Below, piece after piece: positions 30,054-41,255 of a stretch of 64,000 nt of DNA. The stretch is taken from assembly GCA_963789265.1 (NCBI GenBank), contig CAWBKB010000003.1, forward strand, positions 896,001-960,000, written 5' to 3'. Position 1 is the stretch's first letter. Each line of letters starts with the position of its first letter. Below the pieces are notes generated by a model. It worked only from the letters and a program-made list of their open reading frames with translations. It was not told the origin of the DNA and ran no database searches. The stretch comes from an uncultured delta proteobacterium. Lineage in GTDB: Bacteria > Desulfobacterota > Desulfomonilia > Desulfomonilales > Desulfomonilaceae. The position numbers and the translations under genes were made by a program.

Positions 30054-30962
30054 TCAGGGAGGACACTTGGCGCAAATTGACTTGAAGAGTGTAGTGCTAA
30101 GATACCTGTCTCCGCGGTCAGGGAGTATGCACACAATAGTGCCGGATTTGAGATCTTTTGAAGCTTGCATCGCACCGTAGACAGCCGCGCCGGAACTCAT
30201 GCCTACAAAAATGCCTTGAGTGAGGGCCAGCCAGCGAGCGGTATCGTAAGCCTGCTCATCGTTTACTACCATGATCCTGTCGATCTTGGCCGGATCATAG
30301 ATAGGGGGCACAATGGCTTCTTTCATGTTCTTCAAGCCTTGAATGGCATGGCCCTCCACTGGTTCCACACCCACGATCTCGATCGCGGGATTGTGCTCTT
30401 TCAGGCGGCGAGCCACTCCCATCAACGTGCCGGTTGTACCCATACCGGCTACAAAAATATCGATTTCGCCTGTCGTTTGTTCGAGTATCTCCACGCCTGT
30501 CGTCATGTAATGAGCTTCGATGTTGTAAGGATTCTCGAATTGATTCGGCATGAAGTATTTTTCGGGATTCGATTCATATATTTGGTGAGCACGCCTTATC
30601 GCGCCGTCAGTGGCTTCCCCGGGTGGCGTGACCTCCAGTTCGGCCCCGTACGCTTTCAAAGTGTTTCGCCTTTCCAGGCTGACGCATTCCGGAAGTGTCA
30701 ACAGACATCGATATCCTTTGTTCGCGGCCACCATCGAAAGCCCGATGCCCGTATTTCCGGACGTTGGTTCAAGTATGATTTTATCCTTGGTGAGTACGCC
30801 TTCTTCTTCGGCCTTCATTATCATGTAATAGGCAATACGGTCTTTGACCGATCCGCCGGGGTTGTTGCCTTCAAGCTTGCCCAGTATGCGAACTCCGTTG
30901 GAGCCGTTCGGGTAATTGATTCTCACCATAGGTGTGTTTCCGATAAGATCGAGAATTCCCAT
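30054..30962 (-). CDS. cysM: PLP-dependent cysteine synthase (CysM-like)
   Basis: LIGNTPMV, NPGGSVKDR, EPTSGNTG, GMGTTGT, PDRGDRYLST; C-terminal SICAKCPP. Confidence 0.85.
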   Translation of the reverse strand: MGILDLIGNTPMVRINYPNGSNGVRILGKLEGNNPGGSVKDRIAYYMIMKAEEEGVLTKDKIILEPTSGNTGIGLSMVAANKGYRCLLTLPECVSLERRNTLKAYGAELEVTPPGEATDGAIRRAHQIYESNPEKYFMPNQFENPYNIEAHYMTTGVEILEQTTGEIDIFVAGMGTTGTLMGVARRLKEHNPAIEIVGVEPVEGHAIQGLKNMKEAIVPPIYDPAKIDRIMVVNDEQAYDTARWLALTQGIFVGMSSGAAVYGAMQASKDLKSGTIVCILPDRGDRYLSTTLFKSICAKCPP

Positions 30963-31127
30963 TTTCCGCCTCTGAAGTTGATGCAAACCCGCTTCTTATA
31001 TCATTTCGCCGGCGGATCAAGCAATAGATTCGAGCTTATAATTATTCTTGCCTATTTAATTCAACATGATATACGCCTGACATAAAGTAACACCTCCAGC
31101 CCTCATGGGCTCGAGAGAGGAGGGGCC

Positions 31128-32328
31128 ATGCAGGGTTTCTCTACAACAGGCTTATCATCCGGCGATCACTCGGCTCATACCCAAACTCGAGACGGTGTCT
31201 CCGGTAGTCTCGGCGGAATGCCGATGCAACCTGTTACCCTTTCGAGCAGTGAGACCCCATCTGGAGCCGGACGTAGCGGAGCGGACAAGTCAGCGTGTCA
31301 CATCTCTGAAGAAGGTCCATCCGAATATTCCGCCGAAAGGGACGATAGCAGGCTTATCCGGTCCTTCGAAATGATTTTTCAGCTTCATCAGCGCTCAGAA
31401 GAGGTCCGCACGCACCTCGAAAATGTCGATCGCCTGCTGCTCGGGTACTCGCACGGTGGCAAGTTTGACTGAAAAGCTAACTACAATCTTGGAGAGTGAG
31501 TTTGACCTCGCAGTGGCACGCATATTGTTCAGGCACGATCATCCCGTCGCCAAAGTTTTCCGAAGGACAGCGCCCAGGGGGGCCGGTATCATTCCGCCCT
31601 ACGTGCTCGAAAATGAAAACTTGATTCCCAGCGGCCCGTTTGTGCTGGACGACCCAAACGGGCGCTTGTCGGCCGGCTTGTTCGGTGAAGCTGCACTTCC
31701 CCTGTCCTCCGCTGTAGCCGCTAATCTCTGTGTTGACGGAGACGAACTGGGATGGCTGTGCCTGGGAAGCGACGATCCGAATCGCTACTCTGGAGGGATG
31801 AATACCGATCTCATCGCAACCTTGGCCGACAAGGTCGCGCTTGGCATACAAAACGCCTGGGATCACGAAAGCCATGCCCGTGCAGCACTCACGGGGAAGG
31901 TGGAAGCCATATACACTGAATCCTTCTTCCGGGAATACTTGGCGAAGGAATTCAATCGGTCCTGGCGCACCCACAAGGTCTTCTCCCTAATGGCGCTGTC
32001 CTGGCCTTCTTCCGCGCCGGATCTGTCGGTGAGCGAACTTACCGAGCTGATTCGGGCTCAGATCCGCTCCTCTGATGTGGCGGCGGAAGGCGATATGGTC
32101 TGCCTATGGATATTGCTCCCCGAAACGGACCTTGACGGAGCGCGGGTGGTTGCAGAACGAATTACCAGACGCGTCGACGACCACTTAGCTCAGGAGATTC
32201 AGTTGAGTTTCGGGATGACCTGTTTTTCCAGGGAGATGACCGCCATGCCCATGCTGATGGATCTGGCCAAAACCGCGTTGGAAGAAGCAGTGGAAAGCAA
32301 GGATAACAGCATTGTGGTGAGAATTTGA
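31128..32328 (+). CDS. DUF484/GAF-like domain plus degenerate GGDEF domain protein (+1 frameshift near 31444)
   Basis: LCLGSDDPNRYSGGMNTDLI (DUF484-like); EFNRSWR...IRSSD...ILLPETDLDGARVVAERI (GGDEF fold without GGDEF motif). Confidence 0.65.
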
Positions 32329-32426
32329 GGAGGTGGCGTGGCAGAGGTCCTTTGCGGTGGCGGTGTTGTTTTTTAAGAGTCCGCGTGTGAATAAACCTTG
32401 ACCTACAGGTAGTGACAAATTCTTGA

Positions 32427-32485
32427 TTGGTGGGACGGGCATCTTGCCCGTCGCCATAAGACGGGCAAGATGCCCGTCCCACCAA
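32427..32485. repeat. GTGG-type REP-like inverted pair
   Basis: TTGGTGGGACGGGCATCTTGCCCGTC-N7-GACGGGCAAGATGCCCGTCCCACCAA perfect inverted pair; related units near 12405, 32799, 38491, 56221, 62598. Confidence 0.8.
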
Positions 32486-32580
32486 GAATCCAGACTGGCC
32501 CCGGATAGGAGTCCGTTAAGCGCTAACCTAACGATGTTCCCCCCCTTTTGTAAAGGGGGGTTAGGGGGGATTTTGGTATT

Positions 32581-32725
32581 TCTCGTTCCCATGCTCTGCC
32601 TGGGAATGCCTGCTGCGAGGCTCTGCCTCGACTATGATAGTGAAATAAAGGGAGTTTACGGGCATGGTCCCGCGTACCGCGGGATTCCCAGGCGGTCCCG
32701 CGTCTCGCGGGATTGGGAACCAGAA
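32581..32725. repeat. ~145-bp interspersed repeat, copy 1
   Basis: Highly similar to the reverse complement of 56360-56499; ends TCTCGTTCCCA...TGGGAACCAGA are inverted repeats. Confidence 0.8.
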
Positions 32726-32870
32726 CCATTCATTCATTGGTGGTGGCAATTTGTCATCACGAGTCTCGCGAGACCCGGGAAAGCAGCTTTTTCTTCAGGG
32801 GGACGGGCATCTTGCCCGTCATTAAGCGACAGCCATTCCCGCGTTGTGCGCGGGACAATCCCGCCGATAG

Positions 32871-33347
32871 TTACTTGCCTTGCGACTCGGGTTTCCGCTG
32901 TGGCTCGACAACGATTTCATTTCGTACCCAAACTGCTTCGCTGTATTTGTTCATTGTCTTCTTCAGATCCTGGTCGAGTTTCTGTTTAGTCAGCAACAGT
33001 TCATCGAGATGCGCGTGGTCCCATTGCTTGCCGGCATTTTTCAAATCCTGCTCGATCTTTTCCTTGAAGTCCGGAATCGGCCGAATATCCAGATTATAGA
33101 TCACATATCCGCTTTTTTCATGGCATATATAGTATATTCTTCCGGAGTCGGTTATCTTGATTGATACCAGCTTTCCGGTGGTCGGGATTTTCGTGTATGT
33201 ATTTTCGTACTTTATGGCCCTGAACTCGCCAACCGAATTTTCAGCCATACCAAAGTCCATCGCCCAGACCAGACTCACTGCCAGGCCCAGAATCAAGAAA
33301 GAAACTCCTATTGACTTCATGTGGTGCCGTATTTCCCACTCAATCAT
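32871..33347 (-). CDS. Hypothetical exported or membrane-anchored protein
   Basis: 158 aa with N-terminal hydrophobic helix; RBS-like GAGGA upstream. Confidence 0.5.
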   Translation of the reverse strand: MIEWEIRHHMKSIGVSFLILGLAVSLVWAMDFGMAENSVGEFRAIKYENTYTKIPTTGKLVSIKITDSGRIYYICHEKSGYVIYNLDIRPIPDFKEKIEQDLKNAGKQWDHAHLDELLLTKQKLDQDLKKTMNKYSEAVWVRNEIVVEPQRKPESQGK

Positions 33348-33578
33348 TTGCAGTCCTCACGAAGGAGTTGGGTTTTGGAAAGCCGGTTCTTGCCCCACCC
33401 TTCCTCAGAAATATTCGGCCGCCGGAACTGTAATGGATTCTCCGATTATCTGCAATTCCTTTGAAAAGTGTCTTCGTATTTCGGCTGCACGTAGCGGCCG
33501 CGCAAAGGTCTTGACTTATCCCGATCCATCTGTTTAGATGATTTTTTTAGAGGTTTTATCAGAACGTCGGGGACCACC

Positions 33579-33713
33579 GTGAAACGAACATTTCAACCGA
33601 GCAATACCTCTCGTAAGAGAACTCACGGGTTCCGCATTCGGATGAGCACCAAAAGTGGAAGAATCGTCCTCAAGCGGAGAAGGGCAAAGGGACGCAAGCA
33701 TTTGTCGGTCTGA
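33579..33713 (+). CDS. rpmH: 50S ribosomal protein L34
   Basis: Manual translation, not in ORF track: [44 protein letters not shown]. Confidence 0.97.
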   Translation: MKRTFQPSNTSRKRTHGFRIRMSTKSGRIVLKRRRAKGRKHLSV

Positions 33714-34080
33714 CCGACAAAGGTTCAGGCTGACCAAGCAGGACAAAATTCGCCGATCCTCGGATTTTCGGAGGATCATGAAAAAAGGCGTCCGTTATAA
33801 TACGCCTCATTTTCACATCCGCATGCTCAGGAACCCGTCGGGCATACCGCGGTTAGGGATCACTGCCGGCAGGAAAGCTGGAAACGCTTGTGCTCGAAAC
33901 AGGATCAAAAGAAGACTGAGAGAATACTTCAGGCTGAATCGGGACAAAATGCCGTCCGGAATGGACATGGTATTCATCGTCTCGCAGGGGGCCGTCGTGC
34001 TGGAAACCAAACAGATCTTCGGAGAGTTGGACCGATTTTTCGAAATGAAATTTGGAACCTCGGGAAATACTCCCTCGTAG
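33655..34080 (+). CDS. rnpA: Ribonuclease P protein component (true start probably later)
   Basis: [25 protein letters not shown] motif; follows rpmH. Confidence 0.93.
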   Translation: MEESSSSGEGQRDASICRSDRQRFRLTKQDKIRRSSDFRRIMKKGVRYNTPHFHIRMLRNPSGIPRLGITAGRKAGNACARNRIKRRLREYFRLNRDKMPSGMDMVFIVSQGAVVLETKQIFGELDRFFEMKFGTSGNTPS

Positions 34081-34082
34081 GG

Positions 34083-34271
34083 ATGATTCGACTCTATCAG
34101 ATCCTGATTTCTCCGCTCTTTCCTACAGCCTGCCGCTTTTATCCCACCTGTTCCGAATACGCCCTACAGGCTGTGCTGGCTTATGGCGTGTTCAAAGGGA
34201 GCTTTCTCGCGACAAAACGCCTTGTGCGGTGTCGGCCGTTCGGGCCCGCAGGTTTCGACCCGGTCCCCTGA
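34083..34271 (+). CDS. yidD: Membrane protein insertion efficiency factor (start uncertain)
   Basis: YQILISP...[10 protein letters not shown]...[14 protein letters not shown]. Confidence 0.92.
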   Translation: MIRLYQILISPLFPTACRFYPTCSEYALQAVLAYGVFKGSFLATKRLVRCRPFGPAGFDPVP

Positions 34272-34352
34272 ATGCACCTCGGCGTGTGAGGATGCGTTAA
34301 TTCGTAGATCATCATCTGTTAGCATGAAGGCCCCACGTCGGGGGAGAGAATT

Positions 34353-36066
34353 ATGGATCGTAACCTTGTCCTTAGCATCATTTTGTCCATAGCGATAATC
34401 CTTGGCTTTCAGTTATATCTTCAGCACTTCGCTCCACCACCGAAGAAACTCCCTACTATCACGGAAAACACAAAACAGCCTGCGCCGGCTCCTCTGACCC
34501 CGCCTTTGCCTAAAGCACCTGAAGAGGAGCTGCCCAGTACGAAAGCGGTTGCGCCTGAAGCTGCTGTGACCACACCGCCTCCAAAGGCTGGTATTGCCCC
34601 GGCAAAAGAAGTCCGGATAAAAGTGGACAGCCCGAAGTACGAGGCCGTCCTCTCGTCGAAGGGTGGCAGGTTAATCTCGTTTAGGCTCAAGGAATACACA
34701 AAGTCTCTGAACAAACCCGGACTGGTGAATCTTTTCACTCCCAAAGGTCCTGATACCTCGGGCCCCTCAGTAATGTTCACGCGGACGCGACGAAACTTTT
34801 AATGATGCTTCGTTGGCATTTGACCTTGAGTCCCCAACGAAGTCAGTCACGTTGAACAAAGCGGGGGAGAAGAAATCCATAACATTCCGAACTACCACTG
34901 CGGCGGGTCTCACGATCGCAAAAACCTATACGTTTCGGGCGAACCAGTACGACGTAGGCTTTTCGCTTACATTGACGAATACTTCTAACGAAGCCAAGAA
35001 TTATCTTCTCACGTTCCCTTGGCGCAAATCCTATACGGGCGAGCACGGGAGATTCACGTGGAACAGCGTAGAAATCCTGCTCGACGGCCAATTGAAGGAT
35101 TACTATTTCACGAAAATCCAAGGAGACGAGGAACCTTCAGGCCAGGTCCAATGGGCCGGATTGGGTGACGTTTACTTCTTCAAGGCACTTATTTTCGGAA
35201 AGAAGCCCGCGAGCAGAGTCACCTTGTTCAAGCCTTCAAAAGAGGGATTTGCCGAGGTCTGGGTAAGGTACGGAGCCGTGGACTTGCCACAGGGTCGGCC
35301 GGTCGAAACAGACCTCTCCATTTATCTGGGTCCCAAGGAAAGACACGCTTTGCAGGTAGCAGGCCACGATCTTTCTCGTGCCCTTTATTACAGCAATTAC
35401 AAAATCCTGGACGTCGTTTCCGAGTATCTCATCTTGTTCCTGCAGTTTTGCAACTCCGGCTTCACGGTAGCCGGGATCAGAATCCCAGGCACTCACAACT
35501 ACGGCTGGGACATCATTTTTATGACGGTCCTTATAAAAATCCTTTTCATCCCGCTCACTCACAAGAGCATGAAATCCATGAAAAGGATGCAGCAAGTTCA
35601 GCCACAGATCACGAAAATCAAGGAAAAATATAAAGATGATAAATCAGCCATCAATAAGGCCACCATGGAGCTGTTCCGAGAGCAGAAGGTGAACCCGCTT
35701 GGGGGTTGCTGGCCGATGTTCCTCCAACTCCCGGTCTTCGTGGCCCTTTACCAGGTTCTGTCGTACGCGATCGAGCTGAGGCACGCTCCCTTTCTTTGTA
35801 TACCGTCGATCTATCTGTGCATTAACGATCTTTCCGCGCCGGACCCATACTACGTCACGCCTATTTTCATGGGCGGCACAATGGTGCTCCAGCAGTGGTT
35901 GACTCCGTCCGGCGGAGATCCTACTCAGAAAAAGATGATGCTTATGATGCCGGTGGTATTTACGTATCTATTCCTCAGCTTCCCTTCAGGCTTGGTGCTC
36001 TATTGGTTGGTCAGTAATCTGCTGTCCATCGGCCAGCAACTTGCCACCAACAAACTGGCTGCTTAA
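34353..36066 (+). CDS. yidC: Membrane protein insertase YidC (+1 frameshift near 34788)
   Basis: MDRNLVLSIILS N-terminus; NPLGGCWPMFLQLPVF, DLSAPDPYY, GLVLYWLVSN in second frame. Confidence 0.93.
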
Positions 36067-36080
36067 GGAGCAGTGCGAAC

Positions 36081-36899
36081 ATGTCGTTTCACGAGTTTAC
36101 AGGAAAATCAGTCAAAGAGGCTATTGCCAGAGCATGTGAAGAGCTTCATGTGGATGAAGAATCCCTGGAAGTGGAAGTACTCGAGGAAAGCACACGAGGG
36201 TTCTTGGGGATAGTTGGGCAAAGAGACGCTCGGGTTAGAGTAAGAAAGAGAGATGTTCGGGGACGGACTACCAAGGTTGCCCAAGACCAAATTCCGACCG
36301 CCCGAATGGGGATGAACGAGGCGCCTGACGAATCACGCCGGGAAGTTGAACCTCCTGAAAAGGAAGTTCAACCGACGCTCTCCGTTCCGCCACAGACTGA
36401 TTCGACCCCCATAGACCCGGTACTAATCGACGAGGCTCGTACCGTCCTTGAGCAAATTCTCTCGAAGATCCCGGCAGAGGCTGAAGTGGAATCGTCAATC
36501 TTGAACGAGGCAATTTATTTGAATATCAAAGCGGACGGCTCCGGGCTTCTCATAGGAAAGAAGGGCCAGACTCTGGACACGCTCCAGTATCTGGTGAACA
36601 AGATAATCAATAAGGAAAATGCCCCCGGACATAAGGTTGAAATTATTGTAGATACTGAGAATTACAGGCTCCGCCAGATGGAGAACCTTCGCGAAATAGC
36701 CTTGAAAACCAGTCAAAGGGTAAAAAGGACTCTGAAGCCGGTCTCTATGGCGCCCATGCCACCTAACGAACGTCGCATTATGCACATGATCCTAGCCGAA
36801 GACCGCGAAGTCTACACAAAGAGTTACGGCGAAGGCCCACTCCGCCGAATAATTGTCTACCCCCGTCGCGGTGCCGCCAATAAGCGCCGAAGACGCTAG
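36081..36899 (+). CDS. jag: Jag/EloR RNA-binding protein (Jag-N, KH, R3H)
   Basis: FTGKSVKEAI, LLIGKKGQTLDTLQYL, ERRIMH, SYGEGPLR. Confidence 0.92.
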   Translation: MSFHEFTGKSVKEAIARACEELHVDEESLEVEVLEESTRGFLGIVGQRDARVRVRKRDVRGRTTKVAQDQIPTARMGMNEAPDESRREVEPPEKEVQPTLSVPPQTDSTPIDPVLIDEARTVLEQILSKIPAEAEVESSILNEAIYLNIKADGSGLLIGKKGQTLDTLQYLVNKIINKENAPGHKVEIIVDTENYRLRQMENLREIALKTSQRVKRTLKPVSMAPMPPNERRIMHMILAEDREVYTKSYGEGPLRRIIVYPRRGAANKRRRR

Positions 36900-36945
36900 G
36901 AGGCTGTTGAGCGTATAACCGCGTCCGCGGAACTTTAATCCTCGT

Positions 36946-38343
36946 ATGGGAAACTCGGCACAAAATTTTGCTGACACGATCGTAGCTCTCTCCACTCCCC
37001 GCGGCTACTCGGGTATTGGAGTAATCCGTTTGAGCGGTGCTGACTCGATCCGGATCGTCGGGAAAATTTTCAAACGCTCAGGTACGGAAACCGAGTTTCC
37101 CCAACGCACCGCTGTTTACGGCAAGGTCGTGAATCCGGAAAACGGCACAATCCTTGATGACGGAATAGCAGTTTTCATGAAAGGCCCCTCCTCATATACC
37201 GGTGAGGACGTTGTTGAACTGAGTCTCCACGGCAGTCCTGTAATTCTGGACACGGCGGTCCGGATGATAATCAAGCTCGGCGCTCGACCGGCATCACGGG
37301 GGGAATTCACGCGCAGAGCGTTCCTCTCCGGCAGAATGGACTTGATTCAGGCTGAAGCAGTCATCGATCTGATTGAAAGCACGAGTCCGCTGGCTGCTGA
37401 CGATGCCAGGGCTCGTCTGGACAGCTCAGTTTCCAACCAAGTCCGGGGAATCTCTGATGGGCTTAAAGATATCGTGGCGGAACTGGAGGCCCACATCGAC
37501 TTTGACGAAGACGATGCAGAACCCGCGCCGGAAGTTGAGACCCCGCTCCGGGAGATCTTCCTCAAGATGGATATGCTCAAGCAAGATTCCGAAAGGGGAC
37601 GAATTAGGAAAAAAGGCGTCGATACAGTAATTGTGGGTAAGCCTAACGTTGGAAAGTCCACGCTTTTCAATGCACTTCTCCGGACGGACCGTATGATTGT
37701 GACTCCTTACCCGGGCACCACGCGGGATCCTGTGGATGACTGCCTGATTCTAGACGGTATAGCATTTCGCTTCTGGGACACCGCGGGCATTCGCGAAGAC
37801 GCCGAACCTGTGGAAGAGGAAGGAATACGGCGCTCTCTTGCCAAGATGGAAGAAGCGGATGTGATTCTGGCGATTCTGGACGGGACAGCGCCTCCCGACG
37901 CGGAGGATGCCGCGGTACTTGCCGCGAGCAATGGAAAAGAGACGATCGTTGTTATGAACAAAATAGACCTCGGTCTGGCTGTTGGCCTCAAAGACAGCTT
38001 ATTTGGATCCGGCGATATGCCGCGTGTTGAGCTGAGTGCCAAAACAGGAGAAGGTCTCGACCGCCTCGAAAGAATGCTGGCCGAGACGGGACTAAAGCTT
38101 ACCACGGCTGGGCGAACGGAATTGCCGATGGGCCTCAATGACCGATGCCTGATGCTCATGGAAACGGCGAGCATTCCCATCAAAGGTCTGCTGGACTCGT
38201 TGGAGATGGGCGAAAAGCTGGAACCTGAAATCATCACTGTGGAACTGCGCAGCGCCCTGAATTCACTGGAAGAAATCACGGGTGAGAGAGCTGACGATGG
38301 GATTCTGGATCGGATTTTCGAACGATTTTGCGTCGGAAAATAG
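36946..38343 (+). CDS. mnmE: tRNA modification GTPase MnmE
   Basis: DTIVALSTP, SYTGEDVVE, GKPNVGKST, PGTTRD, DTAGIR, FCVGK C-terminus. Confidence 0.96.
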   Translation: MGNSAQNFADTIVALSTPRGYSGIGVIRLSGADSIRIVGKIFKRSGTETEFPQRTAVYGKVVNPENGTILDDGIAVFMKGPSSYTGEDVVELSLHGSPVILDTAVRMIIKLGARPASRGEFTRRAFLSGRMDLIQAEAVIDLIESTSPLAADDARARLDSSVSNQVRGISDGLKDIVAELEAHIDFDEDDAEPAPEVETPLREIFLKMDMLKQDSERGRIRKKGVDTVIVGKPNVGKSTLFNALLRTDRMIVTPYPGTTRDPVDDCLILDGIAFRFWDTAGIREDAEPVEEEGIRRSLAKMEEADVILAILDGTAPPDAEDAAVLAASNGKETIVVMNKIDLGLAVGLKDSLFGSGDMPRVELSAKTGEGLDRLERMLAETGLKLTTAGRTELPMGLNDRCLMLMETASIPIKGLLDSLEMGEKLEPEIITVELRSALNSLEEITGERADDGILDRIFERFCVGK

Positions 38344-38469
38344 GATCCGCGCTTATGAGTCTTAGCTAACACTCGGAAAAGTTCCGTGATAAATAGCCCC
38401 AATTAGCCGATCCGACTCGCCGGGCCCTGGTTTTTCCGGATAATGACTCACTTAAGAGCGGTGAATAGT

Positions 38470-38625
38470 TGTCATTGCGAGGAGTGCATGGTGGGACAGG
38501 CTTCCAGCCTGTCTATTAGGGATGACGGGCAATCCCGCGTTTCGCGCGGGACGTCCCACAGGCAATCTGAGCGGCGTTCAAAGGAAAAGATGGCTTTCCC
38601 GCGTCTCGCCGGACTCGCAATGACA
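38470..38625. repeat. TGTCATTGCGAG...CTCGCAATGACA palindromic repeat with other repeats nested inside
   Basis: Same termini as the compact copy at 59740-59818; interior holds a GTGGGACAGG unit and an AATCCCGCG...CGCGGGAC unit. Confidence 0.7.
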
Positions 38626-38857
38626 GGAGACATAAAGTTGCCCGCGTAAGCGAATGATCACGTTTTTCGGCTCCGTTTGTCTTTTCGAAAATTCTATGAC
38701 ACTATAAAATTGGCAATTAGGCTAGGCTGATAATTTTATTGAGCTGCCGGGATGAGCGCACGAAAATTCATTTGACATGTTTGCATGAAAGACCCTGAAC
38801 CTACCGCGGCGTACACGTTATTATCCTTCAATAATACTAAGAAAGGAGCCTCCAATT

Positions 38858-41255
38858 ATGAATGCTGCTTCTTCTATTCCCGGACCGTTGAGCCCCGAAG
38901 AATTGCGGAATATGGACGCATACTGGCAAGCAACGCTTTATTTGTGTGTCGGCATGATTTACTTGCGGGAAAATCCCCTCCTGAAAGAGCCCCTGAAAAT
39001 TGAACATGTAAAGAATCGACTACTGGGGCATTGGGGATCCGACCCTGGTCAGACCTTCACATGGCTGCATCTGAATCGATTGATCAAAAAGTATGATCTC
39101 AATATGGTATTCGTCTCGGGTCCCGGCCACGGAGCGCCTGCGTTCCTTTCTCATGCTTATTTGGAGGGAACTTATTCAGAAGTTTATCCTGATAAGAGTG
39201 AAGATGAAGAGGGCCTGCGGCGGTTTTTCAAACAATTTTCATTTCCCGGCGGAATCGGCAGCCACTGCACACCTGAAACTCCCGGCTCATTTCATGAGGG
39301 TGGCGAACTTGGTTATAGTCTTTCGCACGCTTACGGAGCAGCCTTCGACAATCCGGACCTGATTGTAGCAGTTATGGTAGGCGACGGAGAAGCGGAAACC
39401 GGGCCCCTTGCAACCGCATGGCACTCCAACAAGTTTCTCAACCCGGTGCATGACGGGGCTGTTTTGCCAATCCTGCACCTCAACGGTTATAAAATAGCAA
39501 ATCCCACCATTTTGGGAAGGATTAGCCACAAACAGTTGGAGAGCCTTTTTGTCGGCTACGGTTACAAACCGTATTTCGTAGAAGGTTCAGACGCCTCTGC
39601 CATGCACCAGACCATGGCCCAGACCCTGGAAGCGGCTCTGGCTGATATCAAGGCTATTCAGAACCAAGCTCGCTCTGACGGAATCACTGGTTTGCCCGAG
39701 TGGCCGGCAATTATCCTGAGAAGTCCTAAAGGCTGGACTGGGCCCAAAGAGGTGGATGGCCACAAGGTAGAGGACTTTTGGAGGGCCCATCAAGTCCCCT
39801 TCGATGTGCACGGGAACCCGGCCCATCTGGCATTACTCGAGAAATGGTTGAAAGGTTATAAGCCTGAGCACCTGTTTGATGAGAATGGAAGACTGATTCC
39901 GGAACTCAAAGCACTAGCTCCATTGGGTCAGCGCCGGATGAGCGCAAACCCTATCGCCAACGGAGGCTCGGTACGAAAGAGTTTACGGTTGCCGGACTTT
40001 CGTGACTATGCAGTGAAAGTGACCGAACCGGCAACTGTTTTGGTGGAAAACACCCGACCTTTGGGTGAGTTTCTTGAGGGATACGATAACCCGAAACATG
40101 ACCACCTTCCGATTCTTCTGCCCTGATGAAACTGCTTCCAACCGTCTTGAAGCCGTTTACCAGGCAAGCCCGAAAGTGTGGATGGCTGACCTTAAGCCTG
40201 AGGATGCAGACGGAGGCCATCTCTCTCATGACGGCCGGGCGATGGAAATGCTGAGCGAGCATACCTTAGAGGGATGGCTGGAAGGATACCTGCTTACCGG
40301 TCGCCATGGTTTTTTCGCATCTTACGAAGCATTTACACATGTGATTGATTCCATGTTTAATCAGCACGCCAAGTGGCTTCAAAAGTGTCTTGAGATTTCG
40401 TGGCGTGCCCCCATCTCCTCCTTGAACTTGCTGATTACTTCTACAGTGTGGCGACAAGATCACAATGGTTTCAGCCACCAAGATCCGGGTTTTCTCGACG
40501 TGATTACCAACAAAAGCCCCGAAATCACACGAATATATCTTCCGCCGGATGTGAATTGCCTCTTGTCCGTGGCTGACCACTGCCTGCGCAGTACCAATTA
40601 TGTTAATGTCATAGTTTGCGATAAGCAGCCGCACCTGCAATACCTCTCGATGGAGCAGGCGATTCGGCATTGCACCAAAGGCATCGGTATCTGGGACTGG
40701 GCCAGCAACGACCAGGGCAGCGAACCCGACGTCGTAATTGCCGCTGCTGGAGACATCCCTACCATGGAAGCGCTGGCCGCAACTGCAATTCTCCGGGAGC
40801 ACTTTCCCGATCTCAGAGTACGTTTCATCAATGTTCTCGATTTGTACAAAATGCAACCCCCGAGCGAGCATAAGCACGGCCTGACAAATCGGGACTTCGA
40901 TAGTTTATTCACAACAAACAAACCTATTATCTTCAACTTTCACGGCTATCCCTGGCTGATTCACAAGCTCGCGTACAGGCGCACAAACCACAAGAATCTG
41001 CACGTGCGCGGATACAAAGAGTACGGTAACATCAATACGCCGCTGGAGTTGGCGGTGAAGAACCAAATCGACCGGTTCAATTTGGCTATCGACGTAATCG
41101 ACCGGGTTCCCGGACTGAATGTTGTGGGAGCGCACGTCAAAGAGTGGCTGAAAGATCAGATTATCGAGACGATCAATTACGCCCACGAATACGGCATTGA
41201 CAAGCCTGAACTCACCAACTGGACATGGCGTTTTGGGGTCGGCCAAAAAGAGTGA
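38858..41255 (+). CDS. xfp: Xylulose-5-phosphate/fructose-6-phosphate phosphoketolase (+1 frameshift near 40075)
   Basis: [61 protein letters not shown] in second frame. Confidence 0.95.

Noticed and set aside
30054..30056. TGA after CxxCPP as a possible selenocysteine codon
   Set aside because: Read-through would run into the convergent gene ending at 30034, and no convincing SECIS hairpin was seen.
32427..32860. Repeat cluster as a CRISPR array
   Set aside because: Repeats are inverted, heterogeneous and irregularly spaced; no unique spacers of constant length and no cas genes.
32162..32989. ORFs over intergenic repeat mosaics (also 10421..10870, 47163..47453, 56174..56545, 59494..60057)
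   Set aside because: They are translations of GC-rich palindromic repeats, without RBS or protein-like composition.
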